Part shown: in pieces, positions 36,960 to 50,240 of the stretch
Layout: each line of letters starts with the position of its first letter
Numbering within the stretch: position 1 is the first letter of the stretch
Source: Fistulifera solaris
Taxonomy: Eukaryota
Assembly (NCBI GenBank): GCA_030295235.1
Contig: AP026123.1
Location: 1,054,001-1,118,000 of the forward strand
Length of the DNA stretch: 64,000 nucleotides
Direction of reading: 5' to 3'
The notes under the pieces: generated by a model
Database searches by the model: none
What the model was told of the DNA's origin: nothing
What the model saw: the letters and a program-made list of their open reading frames with translations, nothing else
Program-made: the position numbers and the translations under genes

Positions 36960-38536
36960 ATGTCGGCTGCGCTGTCACTTCCTCCGATTATCAGCGATAG
37001 ACGAAAACGTCTCCGAATTATTTTTTGGGTATTTTTGATCTGCACCTCCTGCAAAGTGCTTTTGTTTCCCAGCTATCGATCGACGGACTTTGATGTTCAT
37101 CGTCATTGGAAGGCGGTCACACGGCATTTACCTGTCGGGGAGTGGTACTGGGATGATCAATACGTTGATACGCGGCACACTCTGGATTATCCACCCGGCT
37201 TTGCTTGGCTCGAGTACGCCTGGACGAATAACTACGTAGTGTCGGCTTTACTGAAACATGGCTGGGTCGATGAAGATTGCTTTGCATTGTTGTCTGACTC
37301 AAGGGATGGACTACTGCAACCTGTAACTAATTCGTGTATCGCATTTATGCGCTCGACCGTCATTGTCGGTGACATGATTTTCTGGGTCGGTGCGTATGCG
37401 GTGGCGCATGTTGTGGAGTCGACGTTTTCATGGCCAACTTTTCTAGGGTTGGTACTCTATCCAGGTCTCTTGTGGTTAGATCATGTGCACTTTCAGTACA
37501 ATGCCCTCATGATTGGCGTTTGGCTCTTGTCGATTGCTGCTTTGTTGCGAGCGAATATAACCGATCGTGAGCACATCGCTTCATATTCACTGCTGGGGGC
37601 GGCATTTCTCTATTCGTTGCTTTCAACAATGAAGCATTTGTACTTGATGTTCGCACCATGGTATACAATCTATTTGCTTCGAAGATATTGTCACAATCCT
37701 GGAAAGGGTCCCTCTTTTGTATTTTCATTTCCAAAATTCATCATCTTGGGGTCAATGACTGTGACAACTCTTTCGATACCTTTGATCCCAATGACCACTT
37801 TATCGGTGCATCCTGTGAAAAAATGATGCAACAATTACATCTTCGTCTCTTCCCTTTCGGTAGAGGTCTTGTTCATGACTACTGGGCGGGCAATCTTTGG
37901 GCTTTCTACGCAGCTGCCTCTAGAATAGTTCAACTGCCGGAAGTAACACCTAAACAGACAGCCATACTGCTGCTGCTTTGTCAGTCGCCTAGCTATTGGT
38001 ATTGCTGGAAAGCCGCTGCAACACGCGACAATTCTCTTCTGCTGCTCTCCATGTCCCTGTGCGGGGCCGCATCTTTCTTTGTGTCCTACCATGTCCACGA
38101 GAAAGCCATTTTGAACGTTTTGGTACCCCTAACTTTGTGGGGCGTGCAAAAATTCGATCGATTTGATTTTTGGTGGGAGTGTACCGCTTGGGGGACCATG
38201 GGTCTCGTTCCGCTATTGTATGAACCGCGCGAGCTATTACTCAAGGGCATCACATTCACCTGCTATCTTTGTGCCTTCTATGGATATCACAAGACGCATC
38301 ATCAGCCAGTGCCCTTTTATACAAGGTACAGAAAAATGATGATGTATGTTCCATATCGGTTTCATGGCTTCTTACTGGCAGCGGTCTGGATAATGGTCGA
38401 TCTGATACCCATTCGAGCATTTGGTCGATTCGAATTTGCACCGCTCGCACTGACAAGTCTATTCTGTGCCTTTGGTCTCACTATCGCCTTTATTCGTTTA
38501 TTGTACTTTATCGTTACTGATAAGGTTATTTTATGA
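36960..38536 (+). CDS. ALG8: Dolichyl-P-glucose alpha-1,3-glucosyltransferase (ALG6/ALG8 family); frameshift in A-run near 37820
   Basis: YRSTDFDVHRHW, TLDYPP, DHVHFQYN, RLFPFGRGLVHDYWAGNLW, HVHEKAIL. Confidence 0.9.
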
Positions 38537-38888
38537 TGTTATTTAAGCTTTAAAAATCCGTCTAGCTATAAATGATTTCCGATGTTAGATTTGTGGCGGA
38601 CGTTTGGTAGAGGTGCGATCCCAACAAAGGATTGAACTTAGACAATGCAGCTATAGTGAATAGCCGCTCGAACGAAAGCCTCCATTACAACTTCTTATGC
38701 AACAGTCGGTCTTCCTCTACTTGCTACGTCAGTTCGCGATTACTCCGTCGGTACCTTGTAACTAACCTCCCCGGAAAATAATAGAGTAGTGATTCGTGAC
38801 TCAAATGCAGTCGTGCCGAAATACGGACAACACTCTGGATACAACGATTCAGAATTATGAACGAATCCTGTGTTGAAACCGATGCCTA

Positions 38889-39066
38889 TCTATCTATTTA
38901 TCTATTTATCTATTTATAGCGCGCTGTCCGTGTGTGTATGTGTGTGTCACGTCGGTCCCGGTTGTTCAGTCCCGGGTGTGACGCTATCCCCGGGGATCGA
39001 GCCCCCGCTTGCGGGAAGGGCGAGAACGAAAAAAGCCCTGCAGGGCTAGACGCCGCAGGCGGCTAG
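38889..39066 (+). mobile_element. Short non-autonomous Helitron-like element
   Basis: 5' TC after an A, (TCTA/TTTA) and TG microsatellites, GC-rich 3' hairpins AGCCCTGCAGGGCT and GCCGC-AG-GCGGC, terminal CTAG followed by T. Confidence 0.55.
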
Positions 39067-39487
39067 TAATAATTATAATACCGTAAGATATACTAGTAAG
39101 TTTTCACAAATTAGCAGAACGGATGAAGGGTAGGTAGCAATCTGGCTCGGTAGAATACAGATTCACGACTCACTTGCAGTCTTGTATAATTAATCTTACG
39201 CTTTGGGGCTATAGTAATTCGGAGGATATCACTACGGTACTGCAAATACATTATAGCTGATACTAGATCTCACCCGGTACTTACTGTCGTGCTGGACCTC
39301 ACTCCATTCATTCACACGCAAAAATCTTTTCCACCGCGTGACCTTACGATGATGCGCAGCAGCAAAAAAGGTCGGCGTGTTGCTCATCAAAAGTTGTAGC
39401 AGCAATACTGGTACTACCTGAACGAACAAAAAGAACGTTTACCATTTACCAATAAATTCACGTTTAAAAGGGTGACATTTAAAGACT

Positions 39488-42400
39488 ATGAAGACAGGCA
39501 CTTTGAAACGACGAGCATCGCAGGCACTGTCTGACGATGCGTCTTCGCGTCACGCGGAGGATTCTGTACGCAAAAGTCCTTCCAAGAGCGCAGACAGGAA
39601 AGATCGTAGCTTATTACCAGCGGGGAAGAAACGAGGGGGGATTCGTCGCAAAAGTAATCCCGATGGTACACCGAGGCGTCGAGGGCGGCCCCCGAAAAGT
39701 CAAAAGTCGTGTGTCAGCACCAAGCGGCCAACCGTGAAACGTCAAAATTCAATGCCCGCGACTTCAGTGGTCGTAAAATCAGACGATGCGCCGACAAGAT
39801 TAGTCAATCCGCTGATCGAATGGCCTCCAGCCGTAAAGGATCCCTATATCGATCCGAACAAGAGGCAACGGTTGTCGGTGGATACTCCGGCGCCGACAGT
39901 TCTAGAGAGAAGCGCAAGTTGTTCCAGCGAGGCTGCTCCGACTGAACCTTCTTCGAAAGCAAGTATAAGTGACATGGATGTAGCTAGTGTCAAACACACG
40001 GGGCGCGTAGGGGATATGGTGCAAATGTTGGATTTAGAACGACCGGATACATTCCCGTTGGCCTGGCAGGCTCAACTCTTGGGGCTCTCTTTGCCAGAAG
40101 TGATTCGGGTAGACGACGACATCCTACAACAAATTCGTGATGCGAATCCAATTGATGAATTTGTAGAGTTTGAGGAAGTAACTCCGGTGCAAACAAACTT
40201 CCAGTGGTCGTGGAGGAAGGAAGAAGAGGATGAGACTAAATTACTGTCAGAACGTGATCCTGTTTATGTGAGTTTACTGGATACCTCACCACAAAAGGAA
40301 TCGTTTTTCCACCCCGTATCTACCGCGCAATTCAATAAACTTCATCAATCGGTTGTCCTTGATACTTCGCCGATCCTCGCTCTGGCGCAAGAATGCGGCC
40401 TATGGACGCCAGGCAGTTGTTCCTTTTCGCTCATGCCATCATCGTCCGGTTGCTTTGGTTGGGACGTTTTGTCGAAGGATGGTCCGCCGGGCTTTATCAA
40501 AACACAACTTGAATGGTATTCTTCACCAGATCTTGAGCGGAACGAACTCGTGAGCCGATGGCAGTCATTTCAAATCGGCACTCATCACTGGATCGACGAT
40601 TCCATGGAACTGGACAATCGCAAGAGAAAAAAAAGTCGAACGGTCTTCCGGCTTGACTAGCTTGGCAGCGACAGCATCGGTTTCGGGTGACGAAAAAGAT
40701 GAACTTTTGGTGAGGAAGACAGCGGTCGCGGTAAAGCGCACACACTCGGCGATGGATGAGACCTTGGCAGACACTACCGAAGCACCAGCGGAAGGCCTAA
40801 TGATTCTCTTGTTTACCATGGCCTTGGAGCACGCCCGCGCTTGTGGAATCAGCTATATTTCGATTGAGAACATGTCTCTGGAGTGGAAGACTCTGTTCAC
40901 GACTTATTTCAGGATGACTGTCAAGCACGAGATGGTGGAGTCGAAAACGGCGTCCCTTGTTTGTGACCTGACCAAGATAAGCCACCGTTATACGTTTCTA
41001 TTATTCCAACAGCGGATGAAAAGTCTTACTGGTCAACCCATGAAGGAATCAGATTTCTCCGTACAAGACCAATCAAGTTGTATCCGCTGTATTGCGTCGA
41101 TTGCTCGCGCAGTAATATATTCTGAGGATAGAAGCGGAGAGATTTGCGGAGCCGAAGAGGATTTACACTCTCGGCGTGCGGTCTTTCGTGCCTCTCTTAA
41201 CTCGTCAGTTGATTTCGTTAGTCTTCGAGATGACGGAAAGAATGGTGATAAAATTGATCATGTGGTCGGTGAGCCCGAAACATCTTTTCATCTCATACGG
41301 TCATTCCAGCGACAACCTGAACAAATTATTGCCACTTCTGAAGTCTGTGATGAGATCAATTCCAGAGGAAAAGAGTTAGTTGTACTGGAGAGCAATCTGC
41401 AGCCGAAGTTGCACGACTTGATGGCTAGTTCAATTCGAGAGCGGATTAATTTTGAACGATTCCGCGAGAAAAGGGAGAAAGAGCGCGACACCCTTGAAGA
41501 GAGTTTGAGACTTATCGAACGGCGAAGAGAGCAAGATTTGGCTTTTCAGAGACAGCAAGAGCAGGACATGGAAGCAGTTTGCGTAATATGCGGGGATGGA
41601 GAAGTGACACCTGACAACCAAATGGTTTTCTGCGAATCATGTGATGTGGCTGTCCATCAAATCTGTTACGGGATCGAGAAAGTACCCGAGGGTGATTATT
41701 ACTGCTACGCCTGCACGCGTCTTCAGAGAGAGACCGTAGATCACGGGGCCGATACGGTAGGATCAACTCAGCCGCGTGGCGTCTGTTGTGAACTCTGCCC
41801 GTTGAAAACCGGGGCCTTTATTGAAACTGCTACAAAAGCTGATATCGATACCGCACCCTTTGGAAAGTGGATACATGTTGTCTGTGCGAAATGGCAAGGT
41901 TTGCGGTTCGAACGTTCTCCTGACGTAATCGAAGATGTGACAGATCTCAAAATAAGATTTCGTCAATACGGCATAAAGTGTTCTTTATGCAATGGAGAAC
42001 GAGGAGCCATGATTAAATGTAGGCACGAGGAATGCAAGATGTGGGTTCATGTCACCTGTGCCAGAGCCGTGGGTAACTGCGTGGTCGTACATGGAGAAAA
42101 TGCCTTAGGCGACATAGAAACAAACCCGTGGACATTGCTTTGCCCTAAACACTCCCAAATTCCGACGAAAGATATTCCAGCAGGATCATTGACAGTCGAA
42201 AAGCTTACACTCCTAGCAAAAGAATTTCCTCCTGAACCTCAGCCTCCTCCTGTCGATGTAGTTCCTCGGCCGTTCAATACGATAGGTGGAGACGAGCGTG
42301 AGATGCTTTTACAAAACGAAGAATACGAGAGAGCATTGTTGGTGGAACTCACGACGAAACGTCTAAATGGATATCGATGCGAAGTATGCGACACGGTGGA

Positions 42401-44389
42401 AGTAGACGGAAAGAATATGCTTCGGTGTCCTTCATGTTTGACAATATGTTGTGTGTCATGTAAATTTGATTCGGATGATTCGGACAGTGGATACAAATGT
42501 CAGTCGTGCAGATATCTTGAAAAGAATAAGAAAAGTGACGAGGAAAGCGAAGTTCCGGCTTGCCTTCTTTGCTGCCAGAAAGGTGGAGTTCTACGTCCCG
42601 CTACTGCGAAGACTATAGGGAGAAAGTCATACTGGAAGAACAATCCGGATGAATACCATAAATCTTTCTTTGGAAAGAACATTTGGGTTCACTCTGTCTG
42701 CGGCTTGTAAGTTGTTTCTTTCCTTTGTCGATTCTTGTGTTTTTATTAGTTTGTAACACGTCTAAGCGTGCGCTAACTTTCTCTTCACCATAGTTGGATT
42801 CCCAAGGTGGAAGTAACTTACTCTGGGGTTGTCAATTGCTCCGATGTTGTCATGGCCAACGGCAAAGGGGCTTATTTTGGCACAAAGTCGTTGTTTTCTG
42901 TGTGGACAGTCAGATGGACTCAAAATTCGGTGCAGCGACGATTGTTGCGCGAGACAAAGAAACAGCGAACAAAGTTTTTATCATGTCACTTGCGCGCGTC
43001 AAGCTGGTCTTGAAGTAAACGTTTCGGGTGATGACGATTTGGTTTTTTACAGTGAGTCAAATATTTGAATTGAATGTTTTATCTCCATTCTTCTCATTTT
43101 TTGTCGTCAGTGAAATGCTACAAGCATTGTGGTAATGATTATAATTTCAGGGCGAAAATCGAAGATCTTCTTGAAATCGAAAAGAGACGATCAGGGAAAT
43201 TGCTATCAAAATATCACATGCCGATGACGTTCTCACATGCCCAGAGACTTTTGAATTCTGCTATTCAAGTCATGCGAACGCTCGGATGGGCTTGGCGTTG
43301 GGCTGAGTGGTGGGTTGACTATGATTCATCCTGGGAGCCTCTTCTTGAGCCTGGGCAGATCGAGTCTAAGATGACGAAAGAGGAGCTAAAAATCGTCGAA
43401 AGTACGAGAGCGTCTAGGTGCGAGGATGCTCGCAGATGTCGACTGGCGGCGTTTAGTGTTGCTCTTCGTGAAAGGCTTTATGACGAAGGAAATTACTTCG
43501 ACCGGGCTTCATTTGATCGCGCCATGCATGCGTTATTGGCGACTACGAGTCTTGTCGGACCTCTGGAAAGCTTCGAGAAAGACTTTCTAGTGCAATGGCT
43601 CGGCCGGGCATATCGGTCAAAATCAGCGCTGTTGGGTTACGGTGACGAAAAAATAGAGCCTTTCCACGGTGTTTGGTGTCTTCACAAAAAGACAACTCAG
43701 CAAAGTTTTCTCTTGGGGGAAGGATTGTGCCAGGAAAACAGGAATTGAGAAAAGGATGCCTTTTCGAGAGTGTTGAAGAAGTTGACGATTTCTTGATGAC
43801 GGAGCTTGATGAGCCCTTAGATCCTGTTGCGACCGTCGCTCCGACAATACCAATACCAAAGCGATCTCCGGGTAGACCCCGAACAGCTGCAAAACACAAG
43901 GAATGCGATCCTCGCAGCCATGAAGTCAAATCGCCGCCTTCTAGACGCAGTTCAAGTAGATCTCGAGGAAGAGCGAATCGAGCCCAAAAGGACTCTGACA
44001 GACAAAGAGATGTTCCCGTCGCGAAAAAACGCTCTCCTGGACGACCAAAAGCGTCCCGGATCGAATCACCAGAAATATCTCAGGATTTAACAACAACGAT
44101 AGTTCCGGATAGGCCATCAAAACGATCTCCAGGTCGACCTGCAAAGCGATCTCCAGCTAAATCGCGCAGCCGCTCTACAGGTAGAGCTCGCCATGTCGAG
44201 CAAGGCGTGGATGATACAAACATTCTACGACCGAGGCGAGGCCGACCAAGTCGAGTACCCCAAATCGCAGGGAATGATGGGGATACAGGCCAGAATATCC
44301 CGTCAGGTACAGCTAGTGTCTCGACTCGACGTACCAGATCTTCGCGGAGCAATGATGGGAGCGGGGAATCAAATCAAAGCGGTACTTAG
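39488..44389 (+). CDS. Large chromatin-reader protein with PZP (PHD-Zn knuckle-ePHD, BRPF/JADE-like) module, further PHD/ePHD fingers and AT-hooks; introns 42707-42793 and 43052-43110; frameshifts near 40630, 42870, 43688
   Basis: CVICGDG..MVFCESCDVAVHQICYG, WIHVVCA, HVTCAR (twice), CPKH; RRRGRPPK, KRSPGRP and RRGRP AT-hooks. Confidence 0.85.
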
Positions 44390-45151
44390 AGCAATTTAAG
44401 TGATGAACAAAGACGGCGACAACGAAGGGTTTTGGAAGCCAGATCCAATCTGCTGTTGAACAAGTTGGTCGACCAGGCGGATGATTCTTTGAATACACCT
44501 TTGCTGCAGCTGCCGCCGTGGGTGTGATGTCTTCTTTGTCGTCGAATCCTTTTGCTGTCGCAACTGCGGTGAGCAGCTTGAACTGGAAGCAAATGATAGT
44601 ACCCACTAGTACTTCGTTACCCACGCGGTTTCCCTTGAATTACCAATGGCCACCCAACAACAGAGAGAAAGTCGGTTTACTCGCCTGCAAAAGCGCCGAT
44701 TCACATCGAATATTCTTTCGTATATCATCATGGAGCACCCAATGAAGTACCAAATGGGTGGAGCCACGCGCTGCCACTTCTTGTACATGATTTTCGCAAT
44801 TTGGGTACTGCTATGGTTATCTCATGGCAAAACGGATTGTCGGATGTGGTCAAGCGTGATTCCTGTTGCACTTTGCTTTGCCCATTGGTCGACTTAGTCC
44901 TTTTAGTAATCGATATAGAATCTTTCCGTGTTCATTCTTTGATCCGATTCGCTTGTTGTAAACTCCCTTGCCAATCCCATTTACTATTCATCTAAAATAT
45001 TATCAAGAAACGGATACTCGGTTAACGTGTTGTCTGTGGGGTGGTCTCGACGTAAACGACAAGCACCAATTCGTGAGGATTTGGAATTTCGTTGATCTAT
45101 CGATGATTAACCAATTGCCAATGACGGCCACCTTTACGTAGATGGTGAAAG

Positions 45152-48100
45152 CGAAAACATGTCTGGGGAATCTAGAATATCGATGATTTTTGATTGATGA
45201 TGGACCACGCAATTCGACTTTAATTCGTGCGATCTTTGTCACAACAACGGGCCTCAGTGGACGTGTATTGACGGCAGGAGTGTCAACTTATGCAATACTT
45301 GATAATAAATTGAACGCCCTTCGCGTCAATTCCGTCGTTATACCATTTTATAGATAAAGAGTGATAATATTCACCAGAGAAATGTCATGAAATGAAAGGT
45401 TTTCTGTCCCAAAATCGATTGTTGCGATCGAATGAGGTCGTTGCAAAAGAATGGGCCAAAATCATGGGCAATCCCCTTGCATTTTTGAGCAAAAATTCAC
45501 GGTTTGGCACACTAGCTTTTTAAAGTAGGTTTACAGGCAATGTAGCTCAAATAAGTAGTCCCGTGTTCGGAGCGGTACTTCTCGAATGCGACATGTCGGA
45601 GCGTGTATCGAAAATGTCCCTCAGGACGCACGGACAGACTGGACCCTCTTTTAGACTCGTGATCAAAATGAGAGACCGTGACTCGCAGTTCTCGTACTAC
45701 ATTTCCTATAGTCGACGTCAGCATGGAGATGAACATTCGGCGTTCGAGGAAAGACGACAATGAGTGCGGTCGGTGTTGACCTCAGTCGAAACAAACATTA
45801 ATCGCAAAACAATTAACTGCAATTTGATTCGTTCGAAACACTTCGACGGGGAGTACGGTAGCCATACAGGATAAAGATAGCGCAATGGTCTCTAACGATG
45901 CGAAACCGAGTGTTCTCGTCTTAGTCCGGCCTTCTACCTGATGACGGATCGCTTTTTCTTTTCTCTAGCCTTGGGTTGTCTTGCGAAACACTCGACGAAA
46001 GCGACCCATTGGAAACATTACTTAGCAAAGCTTTCGACGAATCCGCGTTTCGATATGTCTTTCCAATCGAGCGAATATCTGCAGATGCTTATACACGTCG
46101 CATAATTTTCCTCGCGCGCTAAGGAGGAGGCGTACTTTATGGAACATTCTCGTTTTGGCGTGCGCTCGGCTTTGAAAATGCAAAATTGTTCGCGCCGTCC
46201 GTTCGCTTCTCGCGACTGAATACTTTTTACGAAGTTGGCCGTCGTCGTTGGGCAGATCTTACTTCTGTCAGCAGACGTGCATACTCTTACACTCTTACCG
46301 CTGGTTCATCAATCACGCCATTGAAGCACGGAGCGATGCATTACGTGGAAGACGACACACGAGTCATACTGACACACCGCATCACCTATTGTGTTTCATC
46401 CGCTATAATTGTGTCCGTGTCCGGAGCACCAGAAGCCGGTCAACATGAGATTGTGTTCCCAATGGGCCGATCTCGGGTGTGAATCGAATCCAGGTTACAT
46501 TTCAATCGACTGCGCAACAAGCTGTGCTGCCGTGAGCTGACAGCAAGAAACAATTGCCGCTTCTCTTTGCGACTTATCTGCCAAAGATATTCAGGGAAAT
46601 CTCATTCCCTTTTCTCAATTCGCCGGCAAAGTTGTCGTGAAAACGAATTAAGCGAGATATTGTGGATACACCGTGTCACATTACCGTGGCTTGGTGCAAT
46701 TGTAGGAGACCGTCAAACATCAGTACGTCGAAACTCTGGCATTTCCCTGCAATAAGAACCGAAAAGTTCTCCCGAAATCCTGCAGTTTGCGACGAACAAG
46801 GGTGTCGAATTCCGAATGATGGATTAAATTCAAGTGAATGGGCCTCAAAAGCATCTAATGTATCAATACGTCAAGCACAGGACGGCCGGGTGTGAAAGCC
46901 ATAACATGGAATTTCGCCACTTAGTTAGTCGTTGGACCGGATGGAAGCAGCGTCAATGCGTCATCGGGTGTTCAACCGATGGTGCTACAACCGATCATCG
47001 AAGTCCTCTTACCGGAAGACGAAACTGGTGAAGAGATTTAATATGGATAGCAATCGATAGGTAGCTACTCATAGCAGGTTTACTTTCGTTTTTAAAAATA
47101 TATTAGTCTCGTTGTTTACCGACTTTGATTAACACAAAACAGTGGCCTCTTCCGACAGAATTTTTGTCAGCAATGTTATCAAGACATGGCCGCAGTTATT
47201 GTCAGTTTTATGAGATAAAGAACAAAGTCAGCGCTATGAAAAGGCTAGCAGGTTCGACGTACCAGGTATAGGATTCTGATGGATCCAGCCGGCCGTGCGA
47301 TCGTTGTGAATGATTGTGTCCAATGAGTCTAGTTTTACAGATTCGCTTCCGCTAAAGTCTTTCCTGTTTTAGTTTGCGGTGATGGTAAAGGAGCCACGAC
47401 TAAAACGTTACTCCAGTACCCCATTCGATAACGAGTCGATGGAAAGGCGTATTCCAGTAAAAAATCATTCGCAATACTCTTACAGGCCGTACAGGGGACG
47501 ATACGCCGCCAAAGACTGCCAACCACACGGTGCTGCGGAATCTGCCATAACCGGTAACGCATACAATGTGTAATTTAGAGCAAGAAATCTTCCAGCATTT
47601 CGCCTCCTATGCATTCGTCGGGTGTGCCGGCCGATAATTCGATCCCGCGCGGCCAATTATTCCGTCAAAGAGGACGTATCGATTCCTATGCTGCGCCAAG
47701 CTTTCCGTCAAACGTCCAAACCCGAACACAATATAATTCAATTGCATGGTCGATACTTCAATGACTTGAAGACTGGTATCATTGTGTACCTGTTGCTCCG
47801 CCGTAGCCCAGTCGTGCCCTTCTACTTGAACTCCTTTTCCCTGCGCGGAAAACGAGATACGGAACCACCTCTTCACTGGTACCTCCCGCCGCACTTTGAT
47901 ACAAATTAATCCGTTGTTGAAGACCGGCCGACAATTTGGCAATTATTCCTGACTTTCGACGCACTGAGAGAAATCCGGAGACGGTCAGACACAGTGGACT
48001 TCGTAAGCCGCTTTAGCTGCATTGATACAATGCGTAGCACGGTGCATACCCACTTCCATCACGATTCCTGTCGACTGTCCTTTTGATACTTCTACTCGTG

Positions 48101-49944
48101 GGTCGTTTCCTTGAGCCCCTTCGACTAGAACTATCATTATTCTTTCAAAAGAATGCTTCCCTTTCGGTCCACGTCCACTTCTCGAGTACACCATTGCATC
48201 AAAACGGTCTTGGCGTTTCCGCCTACCAATCCGACAACGATTTATGGTCGTTCATCGTTTGGAACAAACTGCTGTATCATCAGGCGGACGCCATTTTCGT
48301 AGCAAACTTTCCGCAGCCACTTGCGGTAAGAATTTTACGTGATCTATTAGAACCAAAGCTCCATAAATTTCGTCTGTGTGATTCTTGGTCGCAACCTTGT
48401 CCTCGTGCCTTACACTTTCATGTTTGCCGGAGAAGTGCTTCCAGTCCAACCTCGCGACAATGATTTGCCACAAAAGACATAAACTACCGCTTGCGCTTTT
48501 TCTAATTCCTTGAACTTCTTCTGCATTTCTCCACGTACCACTAGATACTGCCACGACCAACGATTGATGCCATCGTCAAACTATTGTCAAAGTTCTTCAC
48601 TTCCTTCTACGATGATGACACCTGGCCTTCCACTTATCCTGCTAAACTCAGTTGACGAGCTAATCCAGAACCTCCGCTAGCTTGCGCTTGGAAATGATGT
48701 GAAGCGAGTAGATGAGTTTGCGACCCAAACAAACTTGAAACTTGAGCTTTGGTGTAATTTGTCCATCCTCGTCGCTCGCTCTTCTGTTCGCATTTCCGTT
48801 CGCGATATTTTCTTCGTTCTCGTGTATCCATTGCTCGGTAGCTTTCCAACAGCATAGAAAGCCTGGTGACGACTTTGCGAAGTGCTGACACATTTTCATA
48901 GAGCAGGTTGTTGCTGAAAAGTAACTTTGCGGTTGCATGCATTGTTTCTTCATCCACTTTCTCTTCAACGTTCGAAGATCTCTCCTCCACCGGATAGTGC
49001 TCCCGGCAATGATACACAGTACGCAAGAATGACGCGAGAGGCCTAGAGGAAAGTTATATGGTAGGAAATCCTCGCTCATTCGAAAATCGAACGCCAGGCT
49101 TTGATCGGCTCGTAAGCGGCTTTGACAAACTCGAGGTCATATTATTCTTGTCGATGGTTTAGTGCGATAATGGCGCGTTGACGCCGAAAGAAACGCCTTT
49201 CATGGCAGCAGCACTGTACCTGGTAACTATGATATGCAATGTCATGACGAGGTCGATGTTATTTGCGGCTACCAGGAGCATCGCACGATGAAAATGCCTG
49301 TTTTCCGTACACCGCCGCACCATCGTCATGTCGTCGTCTTTTTCCTCGAACGCCGATAACGCTCGCATCTCCATGCTGACGTCGACTATAAGAAATGTAG
49401 TACCAGAAGTACGAGTCACGGTCTCTCATTTTGATCACGAGTCTAAAAGAGGGTCCAGTCTGTCCGTGCGTCCTGAGGGACATTTTCGATACACGCTCCG
49501 ACATGTCGCATTCGAGAGGTACCGCTCCGAAAACAAGACTACTTTTCGATACAGATTGTTGTACAACCTACTTTACAAAGCTACTGTGCCAAACCGTGAA
49601 TTTTTGCTCAAAAATGCAAGGGGGTTGCCCATGATTTTGGCCCACACTTTTGCAACAAACTCATTCGATCGCCACAATCGATTTGGGACGGAAAACCTTT
49701 CATTTCATGACATTTCTCCGATGATGTATTATCACTCTTTACCAATAAGACGGTATAACGACGGAATTGACGCGAAGGGCGTTCAATTTATTATCAAGTA
49801 TTGCATAAGTTGACACTCCTGCCGTCAATACACGTCGATCGAGGCCCGTTGTTGTGACAAAGATCGCACGAATTTAAGTCGAATTGCGTGGTCCATCATC
49901 AATCAACAATCATCGGTATTCTAGATTCCCAAGACATGGTTTCG
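45152..49944. mobile_element. ~4.8 kb element bounded by ~600 bp inverted repeats (45152-45762 and ~49330-49944); Pack-MULE/foldback-like; no intact transposase seen
   Basis: Long reverse-complement match, e.g. gatgatggaccacgcaattcgactt vs aagtcgaattgcgtggtccatcatc; the same pseudo-ORF MSERVSKMSLRTHGQTGPSF occurs on opposite strands. Confidence 0.85.
47990..49080 (-). pseudogene. Decayed RWD-family (RWDD2/DUF1115- and RWDD3-like) gene inside the inverted-repeat element
   Basis: Fragments in shifting frames with stops: GRKLIYSLHIISKRK, RPGVIIVEGSEE, RWSWQYLVVRGE, YGALVLIDH, YRKWLRK, TREVDVD. Confidence 0.6.
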
Positions 49945-50160
49945 AACGACTCCGCGAGAGAAAGGAGAACGAGCGCGGCACACTTGACGAGAGTGTGAAA
50001 CTCATCTAACGGCGCGAAGACTTAGACAACAGGAACAGGTCGTGGAAGCAGTTTGTGTAATATGTGGGGATGGAGATGTGAAGCCTGCCAACCAAATGAT
50101 ATCTGCGATTTGTGTGTTGCAGCTATTATTATCAACCTGGTAACGGGGTCGAGAAAATAC
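49941..50160 (+). pseudogene. Degenerate duplicate of the PHD gene segment at ~41452-41690
   Basis: gaacgactccgcgaga..ggaagcagtttgtgtaatatgtggggatggagatgtga..caaccaaatg matches gaacgattccgcgaga..ggaagcagtttgcgtaatatgcggggatggagaagtga..caaccaaatg; contains stops and deletions. Confidence 0.85.
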
Positions 50161-50240
50161 AGAAGTCGAAACAGATACTTCGATTACCTTCGTGATAGAA
50201 TCTTCCACGCGTAACAAGATATCAAAAATTAGTGTTACAT

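Noticed and set aside
44400..45000. Possible small gene between the PHD gene and the inverted-repeat element
   Set aside because: Only short overlapping ORFs with no recognisable motif
45512..49813. ORFs inside the long inverted repeats, and a transposase in the interior
   Set aside because: Frames are not preserved between the two copies and no DDE-type motif could be recognised
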